Of a stretch of 64,000 bases of DNA, positions 46,820 through 57,564 are shown one piece after another. The DNA is from Epithemia pelagica (taxonomy: Eukaryota; Protista; Bacillariophyta), in contig OX337235.1 in NCBI GenBank assembly GCA_946965045.2, positions 3,720,001 through 3,784,000 of the forward strand, written 5' to 3'. Below the pieces are notes generated by a model, which saw nothing but the letters and a program-made list of their open reading frames with translations, was not told the DNA's origin and did no database searches. The translations under genes were made by a program, and so were the position numbers. Numbering within the stretch: the stretch's first letter is position 1; every line of letters begins with the position of its first letter.

Positions 46820-48072
46820 TCATGGTCGTGCAACCTGTTGCACATTTCCAGTGTCATCCTCCCCTTGGTCACAATCAGGATAATCTAGGGTCCTCAATCG
46901 TTTAAGAGTCGACGACGAGATGGTCCAGGATGTTACATTGACATCTCCGTCGCCCGATCTTTCATCACAATGATACCATTCAATCCGAGGCTGCTCAAAG
47001 AGTTGACGAAAACACCATGTATTCTTGTCCATTAGTGGTAATGTCGCACAGGTAGGACTGTCCATTCCACTAATCACGGCAATTTGATTGCCAACAGTCA
47101 CCATACTGCAGTCTTCACGATGATTTTCGAATTGTGGGAGATTCCACATGCGATTGCGGTGGGTATCCAAGACTTCCACGGCTTTAGTCCATCCTCCCGT
47201 GACAACAAGACAAGATCCCACAACAACCACTGCAGAACTATTATGTGGGTCGGAAAGCGCCAAATCAGAATGAGTGGTCCAAGCCGACGAGAATGAAGTG
47301 ACTGTAGCAGCCGTGTCTTCCTTTATCTCATCATTGTAACAAGGCCTTGGAAAGTCCCAGAATTCCACCGAGTGTATTCGTTCTCTGCAGCCGCCAACGA
47401 CAAAGATGCGGTGACCAATGACCGCACTGGCACACCTTTGTCGTGGAACGTTCATGGATGGTCCCGCAATGACAGTATGATTGCTGGTATCAACAATATC
47501 GACCGACGACAAATACGACTTCTGCCCCCTGTTGTATCCTCCCATTACCACAATGTATCGCTTGTGCACCGCAACAGCACAACATAAACCTCGTCCCGTT
47601 GATAAGCGACAATTCAATGTGGTCCAACGGCTCTCATGTGTGTTGCTTGATGTAGAAAATGGTGGTATCAAGGTGTTGGCATGAATCCGTTCGATAGAAT
47701 CCAAATGTGAAAGACTTTCATCGTTTCCTCCTCCAATCACGTAGATGCGTCTGTTGCACACAACAGCGGCGTGTCGTCGGCGTCTCTGGTTCATGGGTGG
47801 TCCTTCTTGCCACTGCTTGTCCGGTTTTGCTAAATTCAATACAAGAACGGAATTGGTAACATGCCAACCTTCGTCGACTCCTCCCATCACGACGATCGTT
47901 TGTCCGTTGTGGTTGTGATTGTTGTTCTTATCGGGATGATCCACTACGACTGACGAATGATCGTAACGCCGTCTGCCCTTCAGAGGAGGCCAATCGGTTT
48001 CATTCCATTCGGCTGTCTCGTCCAAAAGGACAAGGCCCGACTGCCATGCTTTTTTTTCAGTGTCGTGACCAT
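46820..48072 (-). pseudogene. Kelch gene, otherwise intact but -1 frameshift in an A8 run just after the conserved ATG
   Basis: Paralog has ctg aaa aaa caa gca; here ctg aaaaaaaa gca. ATG 48072 is out of frame with the rest. Could be a homopolymer sequencing error. Confidence 0.75.
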
Positions 48073-48699
48073 GGTTCCAAACGGTGACTGGAGAATTTAT
48101 GAGGATCGACACTGTATCACTTTATTGTGAGAGGTTCGTGGGTTTTCTGCCCTTGATGTGTGCGGATGGGTGTGGACTGGAAGCAGGACTAACTTGACGA
48201 AATAGATGGATCGAAACGAGATTGGTCGCTGTCGTCGCGAGACAAACTGTGACCGTTATAGTCCCACCAAACGAAGAAAGCCACACGCATCCTATGCATT
48301 CGAAATACCACCGTGGATAGTTTTGGATACCGAAATACACCTCACGGCGAGACTGACAACCCCTGGGGTATCCTCAGACAAGACTCGCAGAAGCAGAATG
48401 GCAGGATTGGTGCGATTCGTTTCCGTCAGTTTGTGGTTGTTGCGGATGCCGCTTGCAATGGGCGGTAGAGTACTGCAGCAATGCAAAGGCTCCACAGTCT
48501 GTTTGGTTGTTGGTTCGCAACAAATAAGCAACACCGTGGATGGATCGTAATTCGAACTGTTGTTGTTCCATCCTGCTACTAGTACTGCTGGTCCTCGATG
48601 CAATGTCTCTGTGTTCTGAATGATTGTTCCTGTTTCTCATTGTCGTTGTACTACTGGTCGGGTCATTGTTGTCGTCCATTTCTTCCGATTCCTCGTCAC

Positions 48700-48932
48700 T
48701 GTTGAGACAAGATAGCGCGCCCAAGGAAACACAGGACCAAACCGCGACTCCCAAGAGGGTGCAGTGGATGACGAACACAAAGGAAGCCGAATGGCAAGTG
48801 GTGCAACCACGTAAGAGGCACAGTCATTCAAAACCTGAGGAGGCGCAACAAAACGTTCATTCTTTTTAAAATAGAAGTAAATTGGTTTCCTTTTGTTGCC
48901 TGTACAGCACGATCGGTTGACTGGTTTCAACA
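48700..48932 (+). repeat. 5' LTR of copia D
   Basis: Matches the split 3' LTR apart from one substitution and a 2-bp indel seen. Confidence 0.95.
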
Positions 48933-48981
48933 TATTTTAAAAAGAAAACTAACACTGTTGTTCACCTCAAAGCCTGAGTGC

Positions 48982-49566
48982 ATGTCGGATCGAAATCAAA
49001 ACTCCCTACCTGCTGACGAAACGCCTGTATTCTTGTTAATCCGTGAGTTCGTGCGGTTGAACCTTCAACACGAAGGGCAAGCCAGCCGACTCAACGAAGA
49101 TCACGAAACCAGACTCAGAGCTATTGACCGGCAGTATTGGGCCGATACAGCAGAACTGGAGCAACGATATCGACGAGCACAAGGTGAAGAACACGAGCGA
49201 CACCAACGGGCCCTCCAAGAACACCGTAACCAACGAGAAGCCGATCGCGGTAGGGTATATCGGATTGCACAAGAGGCAGAAGAGACACAAGCACAGGGCG
49301 AAGAGAACCCTCAAGTTGTGGAACTGGAAACGGTTGAAGAACCTCAAGTTGTGATCGAAGAACCACGAAATCTCGAGATAGTAAACAAACCAAGAGCCAT
49401 ACAAGTGCAAGCCCGAGCCGTTGAGAATCAACAAGGCATTATCTTTCCACCTATTGGAGCACGAGTCCGAGTGGAAACCCCTGTTCGTCTCGCATTCCAT
49501 CGACACCCTTTGCATAACGCAACAGGAACAGTGCTTAGACACACCGATACCTACACGTGGATCTAA
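48982..49566 (+). CDS. Extra upstream ORF of copia D (194 aa; coiled-coil plus KOW/SH3-like tail; frame continues to 49641)
   Basis: Charged helical region and C-terminal FPPIGARVRV...ATGTVLRHTDTYTWI*VWNPITRRNEEFKRKPVNLIILQE*. Confidence 0.6.
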   Translation: MSDRNQNSLPADETPVFLLIREFVRLNLQHEGQASRLNEDHETRLRAIDRQYWADTAELEQRYRRAQGEEHERHQRALQEHRNQREADRGRVYRIAQEAEETQAQGEENPQVVELETVEEPQVVIEEPRNLEIVNKPRAIQVQARAVENQQGIIFPPIGARVRVETPVRLAFHRHPLHNATGTVLRHTDTYTWI

Positions 49567-49637
49567 GTCTGGAACCCTATCACCAGACGCAACGAAGAAT
49601 TTAAGCGAAAGCCCGTCAATCTCATCATCTTACAAGA

Positions 49638-52600
49638 ATGAGTCAGTCACCAGACAATGTTGATTCCGGTGGTGGCAGAGGAGGACGAGGCAATAACCGT
49701 GGTCGAGGTCGTGGGGGACGTGGAGGTAGAAACAACAATGGCCAAAGCAAGTTTGAAGGTCAGGAACCCTTGTTAAAGGGATGTGTGTTTGATTATACAC
49801 AAGACGCCCAAGCCAAAAAATACATTCGGAACGTGGAACTGCTGATTGGATATATTGGCATCAAGTTCCCGAAGTACAACATGGACTTTCAACGTGCCGT
49901 TGAAAATCTATCTTTGCCTACACCTCCTCGTCCAACACGTCCATCCGACACTGCTAGTCCTATTGAAATAAAAGAATGGGAGTTTCAGTATAAAGCAATT
50001 GACGAGAAGCGCGTGGCTACTGAGGGATTCCGCTCATCACTCTATAGTGTTCTTCTTGGTCAGTCAACGGACCTAATGAAGGATAAGCTCAAGGCCCATA
50101 GTACCTTCCCTTCCATACAAGCTCATCGAGACGGCATCGAGTTGTTGAAGTTGATCAAGGCTACTACGTTTACTTTCGATAGCGACAGGGTCTACACTGG
50201 AATGGCCATGGACAAGATCCGTGCCGACTTCTATGGGATGAAACGACACCCCGGACAGTCTGTCCATAGTTTCTATGAGGCATTTCGGGCGAAGGTCAAG
50301 GTAATCAACAAGATAGGAATTCTCCTCTTCGATCAGGCATATGTCCAAGAAATTGCCGCAAAGAATGGCCGACCAGGTGCACCGTCTATGGCTGATAACG
50401 AGGAAGCGCAGGATCGCATGATAGCGAATCGATTTATACGTGCTTGCGGCCAAAAAGACTACGAAGTGCATCTACACAACAACTTTTTGGATGGGCACAT
50501 CATCTACCCATCAAATCTCGCTGATGCCCGTGCTATTATCGATGCACGCATGGGGCGTCGTGAGCTCAACAGTAACAACAACAATAACCAGAATGGATCA
50601 AACGGTGGCTCTCAAGCGCAAGGCTCAGACAATACAGGTCTTGCTTATCCAACTGCGGGCGAAACAGCCAACGAGTCACAGAATAGTGATACCAACCGAG
50701 GTTCGAACTCCGCTGATTGTTGTGTATCTGAAACTGCTTCAAACTCACTTTGTCTTTCTATTGCCACGCTTTCACAGACTAACATTCCACCAACATGGGT
50801 CCTCCTGGATAACCAGGCCACCATTCACATCTTTTCCAACACATCATTACTCGTCAGTCCACCGAAGCTTAGCCACGAAACCATGCGAATCAAGGGGCAC
50901 GGTGGAACAATTACCACATCACAAACAGCCCAAGTCCGAGATTATGGAGCCGTATGGTTCTATGAGAGCGGCTGGGTCAACATACTATCATTCCATCAAG
51001 TAAAGCAACAGTACAGCATCTCATACCAAGCCAACAACGATGAATTTCATGTTCGATCCCGCACAGGCGCAATCATTGACATATTCCGCGCAAGTCCCCA
51101 AGGTCTCTATTACTCTGATTGGTCCTCCCGATCTGCCGCGACTGAATTTGGACTGGTCACTACGGTAGCTACAAATAAAGCTAAGTACACAGCAAATGAC
51201 GTCGCTAGAGCACAAGGAGTTAGATCATTGCAGATTAAAATAGGTCGACCAAGTGACAGAGAATTCTGCTCGATCCTGGACAAGCGGTTGCTACCCAATT
51301 GTCCTTTCACTAGCAAGGATGTCAAATTAGCCGCAAAGATGCTGGGACCCGACATAGGTACCTTGAAAGGCAAGACGGTTCGAAAGCGTCCCATGCAAGT
51401 TGACGCTTCTCTTATGATCGATGTCCCAATCCCAAGGAAATATCACGATGTTGTCCTTTGCATGGACGTACTTCATGTCAACGGGATTCCATTCCTGGCA
51501 ACGATCTCTCGCTTCATCAAGTTCGGGACTATTACCGCATTGAAGGCACTCAATGGACCAACACTTTTCACGGCAATCAAACAAGTAGCATCGATCTATC
51601 GTCGTGGCAACCTGCGCCCTCGAATCCTTCTCGCCGACGGGGCATTTGATAATGACCCCATGAATGAATTTCTCCTTGGGATTGGCATGAGCCTGAACCC
51701 GACATCCCGAGATGAACATGTCGGAGACATCGAATGGTACATTCGCACCATAAAGGAAAGAATGAGGTGCATGTATAATACGCTCCCATTTAAACACATG
51801 CCAAAAGTGTTGGTGGTTGAAATGGCAAAAGCCGCCGTATACTGGCTGAATGCCTTCCCAGCTGTCAATGGAATATCGGACGAGCAGAGCCCAAAGACCC
51901 TCGTCACCGGCCAACAACTGAATTATAACCGCCACTGCAAGTATGAGTTTGGACAATATGTCCAGACCCATGAGCCACACGACAATTCCATGGAGCCAAG
52001 AACCCAAGGAGCACTGGCCCTTCGCCCAACTGGCAACCAACAGGGTGGCCATTATTTCTTGAACTTGTTATCCGGTCGTGTCATCAATCGGAACCATGCC
52101 ACGATTGTTCCTATGCCTGATATTGCCCTCCAGCGAGTGCACCAATTGGCTGTTGCCCAGGAGGCATATCCGAATCTTGCTTTTGGGGACAGGGATAACC
52201 GCATCTTGGCTTTGGAATACGATGATTTTGACGAAGGAAATGATGAAGATTATGAGTATGATGTGGACGACGAGGATGATGTATTGAGGTATGATGAAGA
52301 TATCGTCGATAATGAGTTGGAGATGGTGAATGAGGACCCGGTGGAGGAGTTGGTCATGGAAGAAAAGGCAGCGATGGGAAATGAGAACGAATACGATCTT
52401 AATGATCAAGAGATAGGAGAGGAACAGGGGTGGGATGGTCCCGAGGATGGTCCCGAGGATGGAGAAAACGTGGGCCTTGGTTTGGATCTTGATGGTCCAG
52501 TGGATGGAGTCGCAGAAGGAGGTGGAAATGATGATGGAGTACAAGAAGGAATCGACATTGATGCTCATGAGGAACAACTACATGCTGACTATGTGGAGCA

Positions 52601-54686
52601 AGCTGTTGCAGATCAAGAACTAATCGAGGAAAATCAAGGAGTGGAGGCAAATCAAGGAGTGGAACCCGTGCCAAATCAAGGAGTGGGCCCACAACCCGAG
52701 CAACCACCCATGCAACAACCCAACATCCATGGTGTTGGCGGTGGGATTGTTGGCGGTGGAGGTGATGCTGTGGCAGCACCCATTCATCCTAGATATAATC
52801 TACGGACGAATCGAGAACGGAACTATGCCCATCGATACAACAATGACATTTATGTTACTGCCGAAGTGGCACAAGACGTGTCAACGCCCCAAATGGAGAT
52901 GAAACAAGGAGTGCGAATGTTTGGTGATGCAGGCGTGGCCGCGGTGAAAAAGGAAGTCCTGCAGCTGCATGACCGAGAAGTAATGCGAGCCATCATGAAA
53001 AGCTCATTGACCAAACAACAAATCCGACAAGCGCTTGGATACTTGATGTTCTTGAAGAGAAAAAGAACCGGCAAAATTAAGGGACGAGGCTGCGCCGATG
53101 GCCGTAAACAACGCGAATACATAAACAAAGAAGATGCTTCTTCCCCCACAGTCGCAACAGAGGCCGTCTTCCTAAGTGCAATCATTGATGCAATGGAACG
53201 AAGGGCAGTGGCAGTAGTGGATATTCCAGGGGCCTTTATGCAGGCCATGATGGACCCTGGGGTGCACATGAGGATCACCGGGCTAATGGTTGAGTTGTTG
53301 CTTGAAATTGATGAGAAAATGTACCGGCCATTCGTTGTGATCGAGAAAGGTGAACCCGTCATCTACATTGAATTGCTCCGTGCCCTGTATGGCACCCTGC
53401 GAGCGGCAAGACTGTTTTGGGAAAAGTTAACTGCCGTCATCAAGGAATGGGGTTTCATCGTGAACCCATATGACAGTTGTGTTGCTAACAAAACAATCAA
53501 TGGGTCGCAATGCACCATCACATGGCACATTGACGACCTCAAAATATCACACAAGGAAGAAAGCGTGGTCAGCGGCATCATAGAACAAATTCAAGCCACA
53601 TTCGGTCAACAAGGGGAACTTTCGATCTCGAGAGGGAAACGCCATGACTATTTGGGCATGTACCTTGATTATAGTGAACCAGGACAGTTGATTGTTGACA
53701 TGAGGACCGCCATTCAGAGTATCATCAATGATGTACCAAAGGAGTTCAAAGGGGTGGCACAAATCCCAGCAGCTTCCCATCTTTTCCATCTACAAGATGG
53801 AGCCGAGCAGTTGGATAGCGACCAAGCAGACCAGTTTCACAGTTTCACCATGAGGCTGATGTATATTGCCCAACGTGGGCGACCTGACATCCGAGCGGCC
53901 GTGGCTTTCCTTAGTACACGAGTGAAAGACCCAACCAAGGATGATTGGCGTAAGTTGTCGCGTGTGATGAAATACCTCCAAACAACACCCGACTTGCTTC
54001 TTCGGTTAAATTGTGATGGGACCGGGATTCTTCGATGGTGGGTGGATGCATCCTACGCCGTCCATCCTAACATGCGTGGGCATACCGGGGGCGTAATGAT
54101 GATGGGAAAAGGAGCCGCTTTGAGCATCTCATCGAAACAGAAGCTGGTAGCTCGTAGTTCCACTGAGAGCGAGCTCATCGGCGTCTATGATGCCATGCCG
54201 AATATGCTCTGGTGTCGGCAATTCCTGATCGCACAAGGTTATCAAGTCAAGGAGATGAAATTATTCCAAGATAACATGAGTGCAATGCTGTTAGAGAAGA
54301 ACGGACGAGCCTCCAGCAGCAAACGTACCAAACATATCGACATCCGATATTTCTTCATTAAAGATCGAGTCGATAAAAAGGAAGTGACGATCGAACATTG
54401 TCCCACGGAAGAAATGATCGCCGATTTCCATACGAAACCGCTTCAAGGTAACTTGTTCTACAAGTTCCGTGATCTTATCATGAATATCCCGAGCACTGAT
54501 ATCTATCATTCCTCGCGAAGGAGTGTGTTGAGACAAGATAGCGCGCCCAAGGAAACACAGGACCAAACCGCGACTCCCAAGAGGGTGCAGTGGATGACGA
54601 ACACAAAGGAAGCCGAATGGCAAGTGGTGCAACCACGTAAGAGGCACAGTCATTCAAAACCTGAGGGTCGGTCTTATCGAGCGTGA
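49638..54686 (+). CDS. gag-pol: Gag-Pol polyprotein of copia D (1682 aa; last 7 codons come from the Harbinger TIR)
   Basis: RGG-rich N-terminus, WVLLDNQAT protease, LCMD/LADG/EHVGDIE integrase, KGRGCADG and WHIDD RT, WVDASYA RNase H. Confidence 0.92.
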   Translation: MSQSPDNVDSGGGRGGRGNNRGRGRGGRGGRNNNGQSKFEGQEPLLKGCVFDYTQDAQAKKYIRNVELLIGYIGIKFPKYNMDFQRAVENLSLPTPPRPTRPSDTASPIEIKEWEFQYKAIDEKRVATEGFRSSLYSVLLGQSTDLMKDKLKAHSTFPSIQAHRDGIELLKLIKATTFTFDSDRVYTGMAMDKIRADFYGMKRHPGQSVHSFYEAFRAKVKVINKIGILLFDQAYVQEIAAKNGRPGAPSMADNEEAQDRMIANRFIRACGQKDYEVHLHNNFLDGHIIYPSNLADARAIIDARMGRRELNSNNNNNQNGSNGGSQAQGSDNTGLAYPTAGETANESQNSDTNRGSNSADCCVSETASNSLCLSIATLSQTNIPPTWVLLDNQATIHIFSNTSLLVSPPKLSHETMRIKGHGGTITTSQTAQVRDYGAVWFYESGWVNILSFHQVKQQYSISYQANNDEFHVRSRTGAIIDIFRASPQGLYYSDWSSRSAATEFGLVTTVATNKAKYTANDVARAQGVRSLQIKIGRPSDREFCSILDKRLLPNCPFTSKDVKLAAKMLGPDIGTLKGKTVRKRPMQVDASLMIDVPIPRKYHDVVLCMDVLHVNGIPFLATISRFIKFGTITALKALNGPTLFTAIKQVASIYRRGNLRPRILLADGAFDNDPMNEFLLGIGMSLNPTSRDEHVGDIEWYIRTIKERMRCMYNTLPFKHMPKVLVVEMAKAAVYWLNAFPAVNGISDEQSPKTLVTGQQLNYNRHCKYEFGQYVQTHEPHDNSMEPRTQGALALRPTGNQQGGHYFLNLLSGRVINRNHATIVPMPDIALQRVHQLAVAQEAYPNLAFGDRDNRILALEYDDFDEGNDEDYEYDVDDEDDVLRYDEDIVDNELEMVNEDPVEELVMEEKAAMGNENEYDLNDQEIGEEQGWDGPEDGPEDGENVGLGLDLDGPVDGVAEGGGNDDGVQEGIDIDAHEEQLHADYVEQAVADQELIEENQGVEANQGVEPVPNQGVGPQPEQPPMQQPNIHGVGGGIVGGGGDAVAAPIHPRYNLRTNRERNYAHRYNNDIYVTAEVAQDVSTPQMEMKQGVRMFGDAGVAAVKKEVLQLHDREVMRAIMKSSLTKQQIRQALGYLMFLKRKRTGKIKGRGCADGRKQREYINKEDASSPTVATEAVFLSAIIDAMERRAVAVVDIPGAFMQAMMDPGVHMRITGLMVELLLEIDEKMYRPFVVIEKGEPVIYIELLRALYGTLRAARLFWEKLTAVIKEWGFIVNPYDSCVANKTINGSQCTITWHIDDLKISHKEESVVSGIIEQIQATFGQQGELSISRGKRHDYLGMYLDYSEPGQLIVDMRTAIQSIINDVPKEFKGVAQIPAASHLFHLQDGAEQLDSDQADQFHSFTMRLMYIAQRGRPDIRAAVAFLSTRVKDPTKDDWRKLSRVMKYLQTTPDLLLRLNCDGTGILRWWVDASYAVHPNMRGHTGGVMMMGKGAALSISSKQKLVARSSTESELIGVYDAMPNMLWCRQFLIAQGYQVKEMKLFQDNMSAMLLEKNGRASSSKRTKHIDIRYFFIKDRVDKKEVTIEHCPTEEMIADFHTKPLQGNLFYKFRDLIMNIPSTDIYHSSRRSVLRQDSAPKETQDQTATPKRVQWMTNTKEAEWQVVQPRKRHSHSKPEGRSYRA

Positions 54687-54861
54687 AATTTCACTCATTT
54701 CACACAAATCCAGCTTCCAAATGTCACAGTTTTTAGGGTGTGAAAAACAAGGGTCCGATCGATGGCAATAGGTGTGAAATCGATTTCACACAAAACCTCA
54801 GTCTTCCCCCAAGGCTCATCCATGTGCTTCCAACAGCTAAACAACAATCAAACGAAAAACC

Positions 54862-56202
54862 ATGATCTACTCGAAGCACTTAGAGGCAGAGGCGATGGAA
54901 GAGGAAGGTGACGAAGAAGACTTCCTCCACTTACTAAAGCTGATAGAGTTTTATTCACTTACCAAAAATCAACGCAAGAAGAGAAGCCCAATCCCTCGGA
55001 ATCAAAGTCCTATACCGATTGAGCGACTCAGATGGTCTACCTTCGCCCGAGCCCAAATGGCAAGGGACCCAAAAGACTTTGTGAAGAGCATCAGAATGCC
55101 CTTGGAGGCTTTTGAAGCTCTTCATGAAATCCTTGAAGAGTTTCTCAGCAAAAATGAAGAAATGGGGGCTCTACGTGGTGGTGTAATTGCTTCGGAATTA
55201 CGACTATACGTGACAATTCGCTTCCTTGCTGGTGGCTCAATGCACGACATACGACGGCTGTTTGATATACCCAGATCCACATCCTACGACCTAGTTCGTG
55301 AAGTCTGCCAGGCAATAGTAGACTGTGACAAGTTAAGGTTTTGCTTTCCAAGAACAGAGGAGGAATGCCAAAAAGCTGCCTTGGGTTTTCGAAGCATATC
55401 TTTTGACGAAGCCATAGTCAACTGCGTCGCTGCTGTAGACGGATATTTACTTCACATTGAACAACCTAGCAAGAAAATAGCAGGCAACCAACGGCAATAC
55501 TACTCAGGTCATTACAAGAAATTTGGCATAAATGTGCAAGCTGCGTGTGACCATAATTCAATGTTTGTATACTTTGCTCTCGCAGGACCTGGTAGTCAAA
55601 ATGACAAGGTGGCCATTGACCAGTGCTCCTTGGGTCCAGCAATTGACAATTTACCCGACGGATATTGTGCCATTGGTGATGCCGCATACCATCCAACAGA
55701 ACGGATGGTACCTATTTTCTACGGTGTTAACCGCGATGACCCGCTACATGATAATTTCAACTTTTTTGCCTCTCAGCTGCGAATTAGGATCGAGATGGCC
55801 TTTGGCCTAATGCAGATGAAATGGAGGTTCCTTCAACAGGCACGCCAACCAACAAAAAATCTTCGTACACGTGTAATGGCCATAGCCCGACTTCACAACT
55901 ATGTTGTTAAGTACCGGTTGGAGCAAGGCGATGCACTTTCTCAAATGATGACTGAAGATCATGGACATCCAGATGGTGAGAGTGGCCAAACATCTGCACT
56001 ACCATCACAACCGGTGGATGAAAATGGGAACCCGATGCTCTACGATGATAATGGCAATGTCGTACGAAGACCATTGCCTAAGGGGCATTCTATGACACGG
56101 CACTCTATGGCTGTCCGGATTCAGGAGAAAAAACTTGTTCGTCCTCTGCGCAATACCATACAACGCGATGACGAATCTGATGAAGTCGACGAAGATGAAT
56201 AG
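54862..56202 (+). CDS. Harbinger DDE transposase (446 aa)
   Basis: LYVTIRFLAGGS, AAVDGYLLHI, GINVQAACD, IGDAAY, RIRIEMAFGLMQMKWRFL. Confidence 0.92.
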   Translation: MIYSKHLEAEAMEEEGDEEDFLHLLKLIEFYSLTKNQRKKRSPIPRNQSPIPIERLRWSTFARAQMARDPKDFVKSIRMPLEAFEALHEILEEFLSKNEEMGALRGGVIASELRLYVTIRFLAGGSMHDIRRLFDIPRSTSYDLVREVCQAIVDCDKLRFCFPRTEEECQKAALGFRSISFDEAIVNCVAAVDGYLLHIEQPSKKIAGNQRQYYSGHYKKFGINVQAACDHNSMFVYFALAGPGSQNDKVAIDQCSLGPAIDNLPDGYCAIGDAAYHPTERMVPIFYGVNRDDPLHDNFNFFASQLRIRIEMAFGLMQMKWRFLQQARQPTKNLRTRVMAIARLHNYVVKYRLEQGDALSQMMTEDHGHPDGESGQTSALPSQPVDENGNPMLYDDNGNVVRRPLPKGHSMTRHSMAVRIQEKKLVRPLRNTIQRDDESDEVDEDE

Positions 56203-56238
56203 AAAATCATGGTTATTTAGTACTACTTGTTCTGTTAC

Positions 56239-57564
56239 CTACAGTCCTAGAGATTCAACCACTTCATCAAGCCTTGTTTGTAGTCTCACTTTCATATCCT
56301 CATTGTTTGTCTGGACAAAAGCTGTACTTAGAGTACTGAATTCGTTGAGTAATGCAGCTCTCTCCATTCGTGTCTCACGTTTTTTGGCATTGTCAGCCAT
56401 CACATCCGTAGCTGCAGATATGACAGTGGCAATCTTGTCGTCGTCCCCTGAACGAGCAGTCGACATTGAGACAGGAGTCGTTGCACGAGAAGAACTTCTA
56501 GATGAAAGAGGAAGAGTAAGACTGTCCATTGTCAAGTCCGGGGCCAACACTGTTGTGAACTTTGTGGAAAACTCTGGAACTGCTTCGCTCTTGGAAAAGA
56601 AGTAAAAGGCAACAAATTGTGTCATAGAGGGTCCCCCTTTGACTTTTGACAGGGCATGGCGTGTAAAGTCCCAGGGGTCGCTCGAATGACTGCCACTCGC
56701 ATTCATGGCACTTTGGATGTTTTTTCGTACCTTTATGAGTGCCTTGAACAAGTCAGACACCTCTTTTTCATTTACCTTGTGCGTATTCTTTATTGATGGG
56801 TCCACTCGGCCTAAGATTGCATCTAGCACGTGCTCGTTGTAGGAACTATTTAGAGCGTCGTTTTCATCGCGTTTTTCCAATTTGCCATACCTGTCCGTTG
56901 ACTCTATTGCAGCTTCGACTTCTTCATCAATGATATCGTCATTGTCATCAATAAGGCGTTGGGTGAAGCTGTCCCTAATGGGCACCAACATAGATGTGGC
57001 TGCGTCTGTTGCCTTCTTTGTAGGAGAAGAGTCGGCCCCATTTACCGCATCTACAACTTCTTTCCAGAACCTTTGATACTGGGTGCCACTTCCTGATTCT
57101 TGCACATTCCGAGACCTGGTATCATTGTATGCCATGAACTCATCAATGAAGTCTCTGTGGAACAACACATTGATAATCCGACATTGGGTGGAAGGGATTT
57201 GTTCCAACCGTTTGTTGATGACTATCTGATTACGACTTATCTTGAGGATATGACAGCGAATCTCTGTCTTGTTCAAGCTGGCTTTGGTGATCCCGATCTT
57301 CCGCCCTAGCCTCCTTAGTTGATAAGCTGAGAGATCCTTGTCCAGATGAGTCACTTGATTGTCCTTGGCAATGGTGCATGCCACTTCGACTTCTTCCTCT
57401 TCACCTTCATCGTTCTTCAGCATCTTCTTTTCCGTAGTGATGGTGTATTCTCCCAGACTCAGAGAGTCTAGTCCCTGTAAATATTCGGGTAACGGCTTCT
57501 CTACTCGCTTGGGCTTCTTCTTTTGAGGGCCCTCTTCTGGAGGTGCACTGGACGACGACTCCAT
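56239..57564 (-). CDS. Harbinger second protein, putative Myb/SANT-like DNA-binding (441 aa)
   Basis: Second ORF inside the TIRs, with FWKEVVDAVN and LFKALIKVRKNI segments. Position and size are as expected for Harbinger; the domain call is tentative. Confidence 0.75.
   Translation of the reverse strand: MESSSSAPPEEGPQKKKPKRVEKPLPEYLQGLDSLSLGEYTITTEKKMLKNDEGEEEEVEVACTIAKDNQVTHLDKDLSAYQLRRLGRKIGITKASLNKTEIRCHILKISRNQIVINKRLEQIPSTQCRIINVLFHRDFIDEFMAYNDTRSRNVQESGSGTQYQRFWKEVVDAVNGADSSPTKKATDAATSMLVPIRDSFTQRLIDDNDDIIDEEVEAAIESTDRYGKLEKRDENDALNSSYNEHVLDAILGRVDPSIKNTHKVNEKEVSDLFKALIKVRKNIQSAMNASGSHSSDPWDFTRHALSKVKGGPSMTQFVAFYFFSKSEAVPEFSTKFTTVLAPDLTMDSLTLPLSSRSSSRATTPVSMSTARSGDDDKIATVISAATDVMADNAKKRETRMERAALLNEFSTLSTAFVQTNNEDMKVRLQTRLDEVVESLGL

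Noticed and set aside
48933-48960. PBS search for copia D (and for C at 44440-44462)
   Set aside because: No tRNA complementarity recognisable by eye. Left unassigned; needs the host tRNA set.
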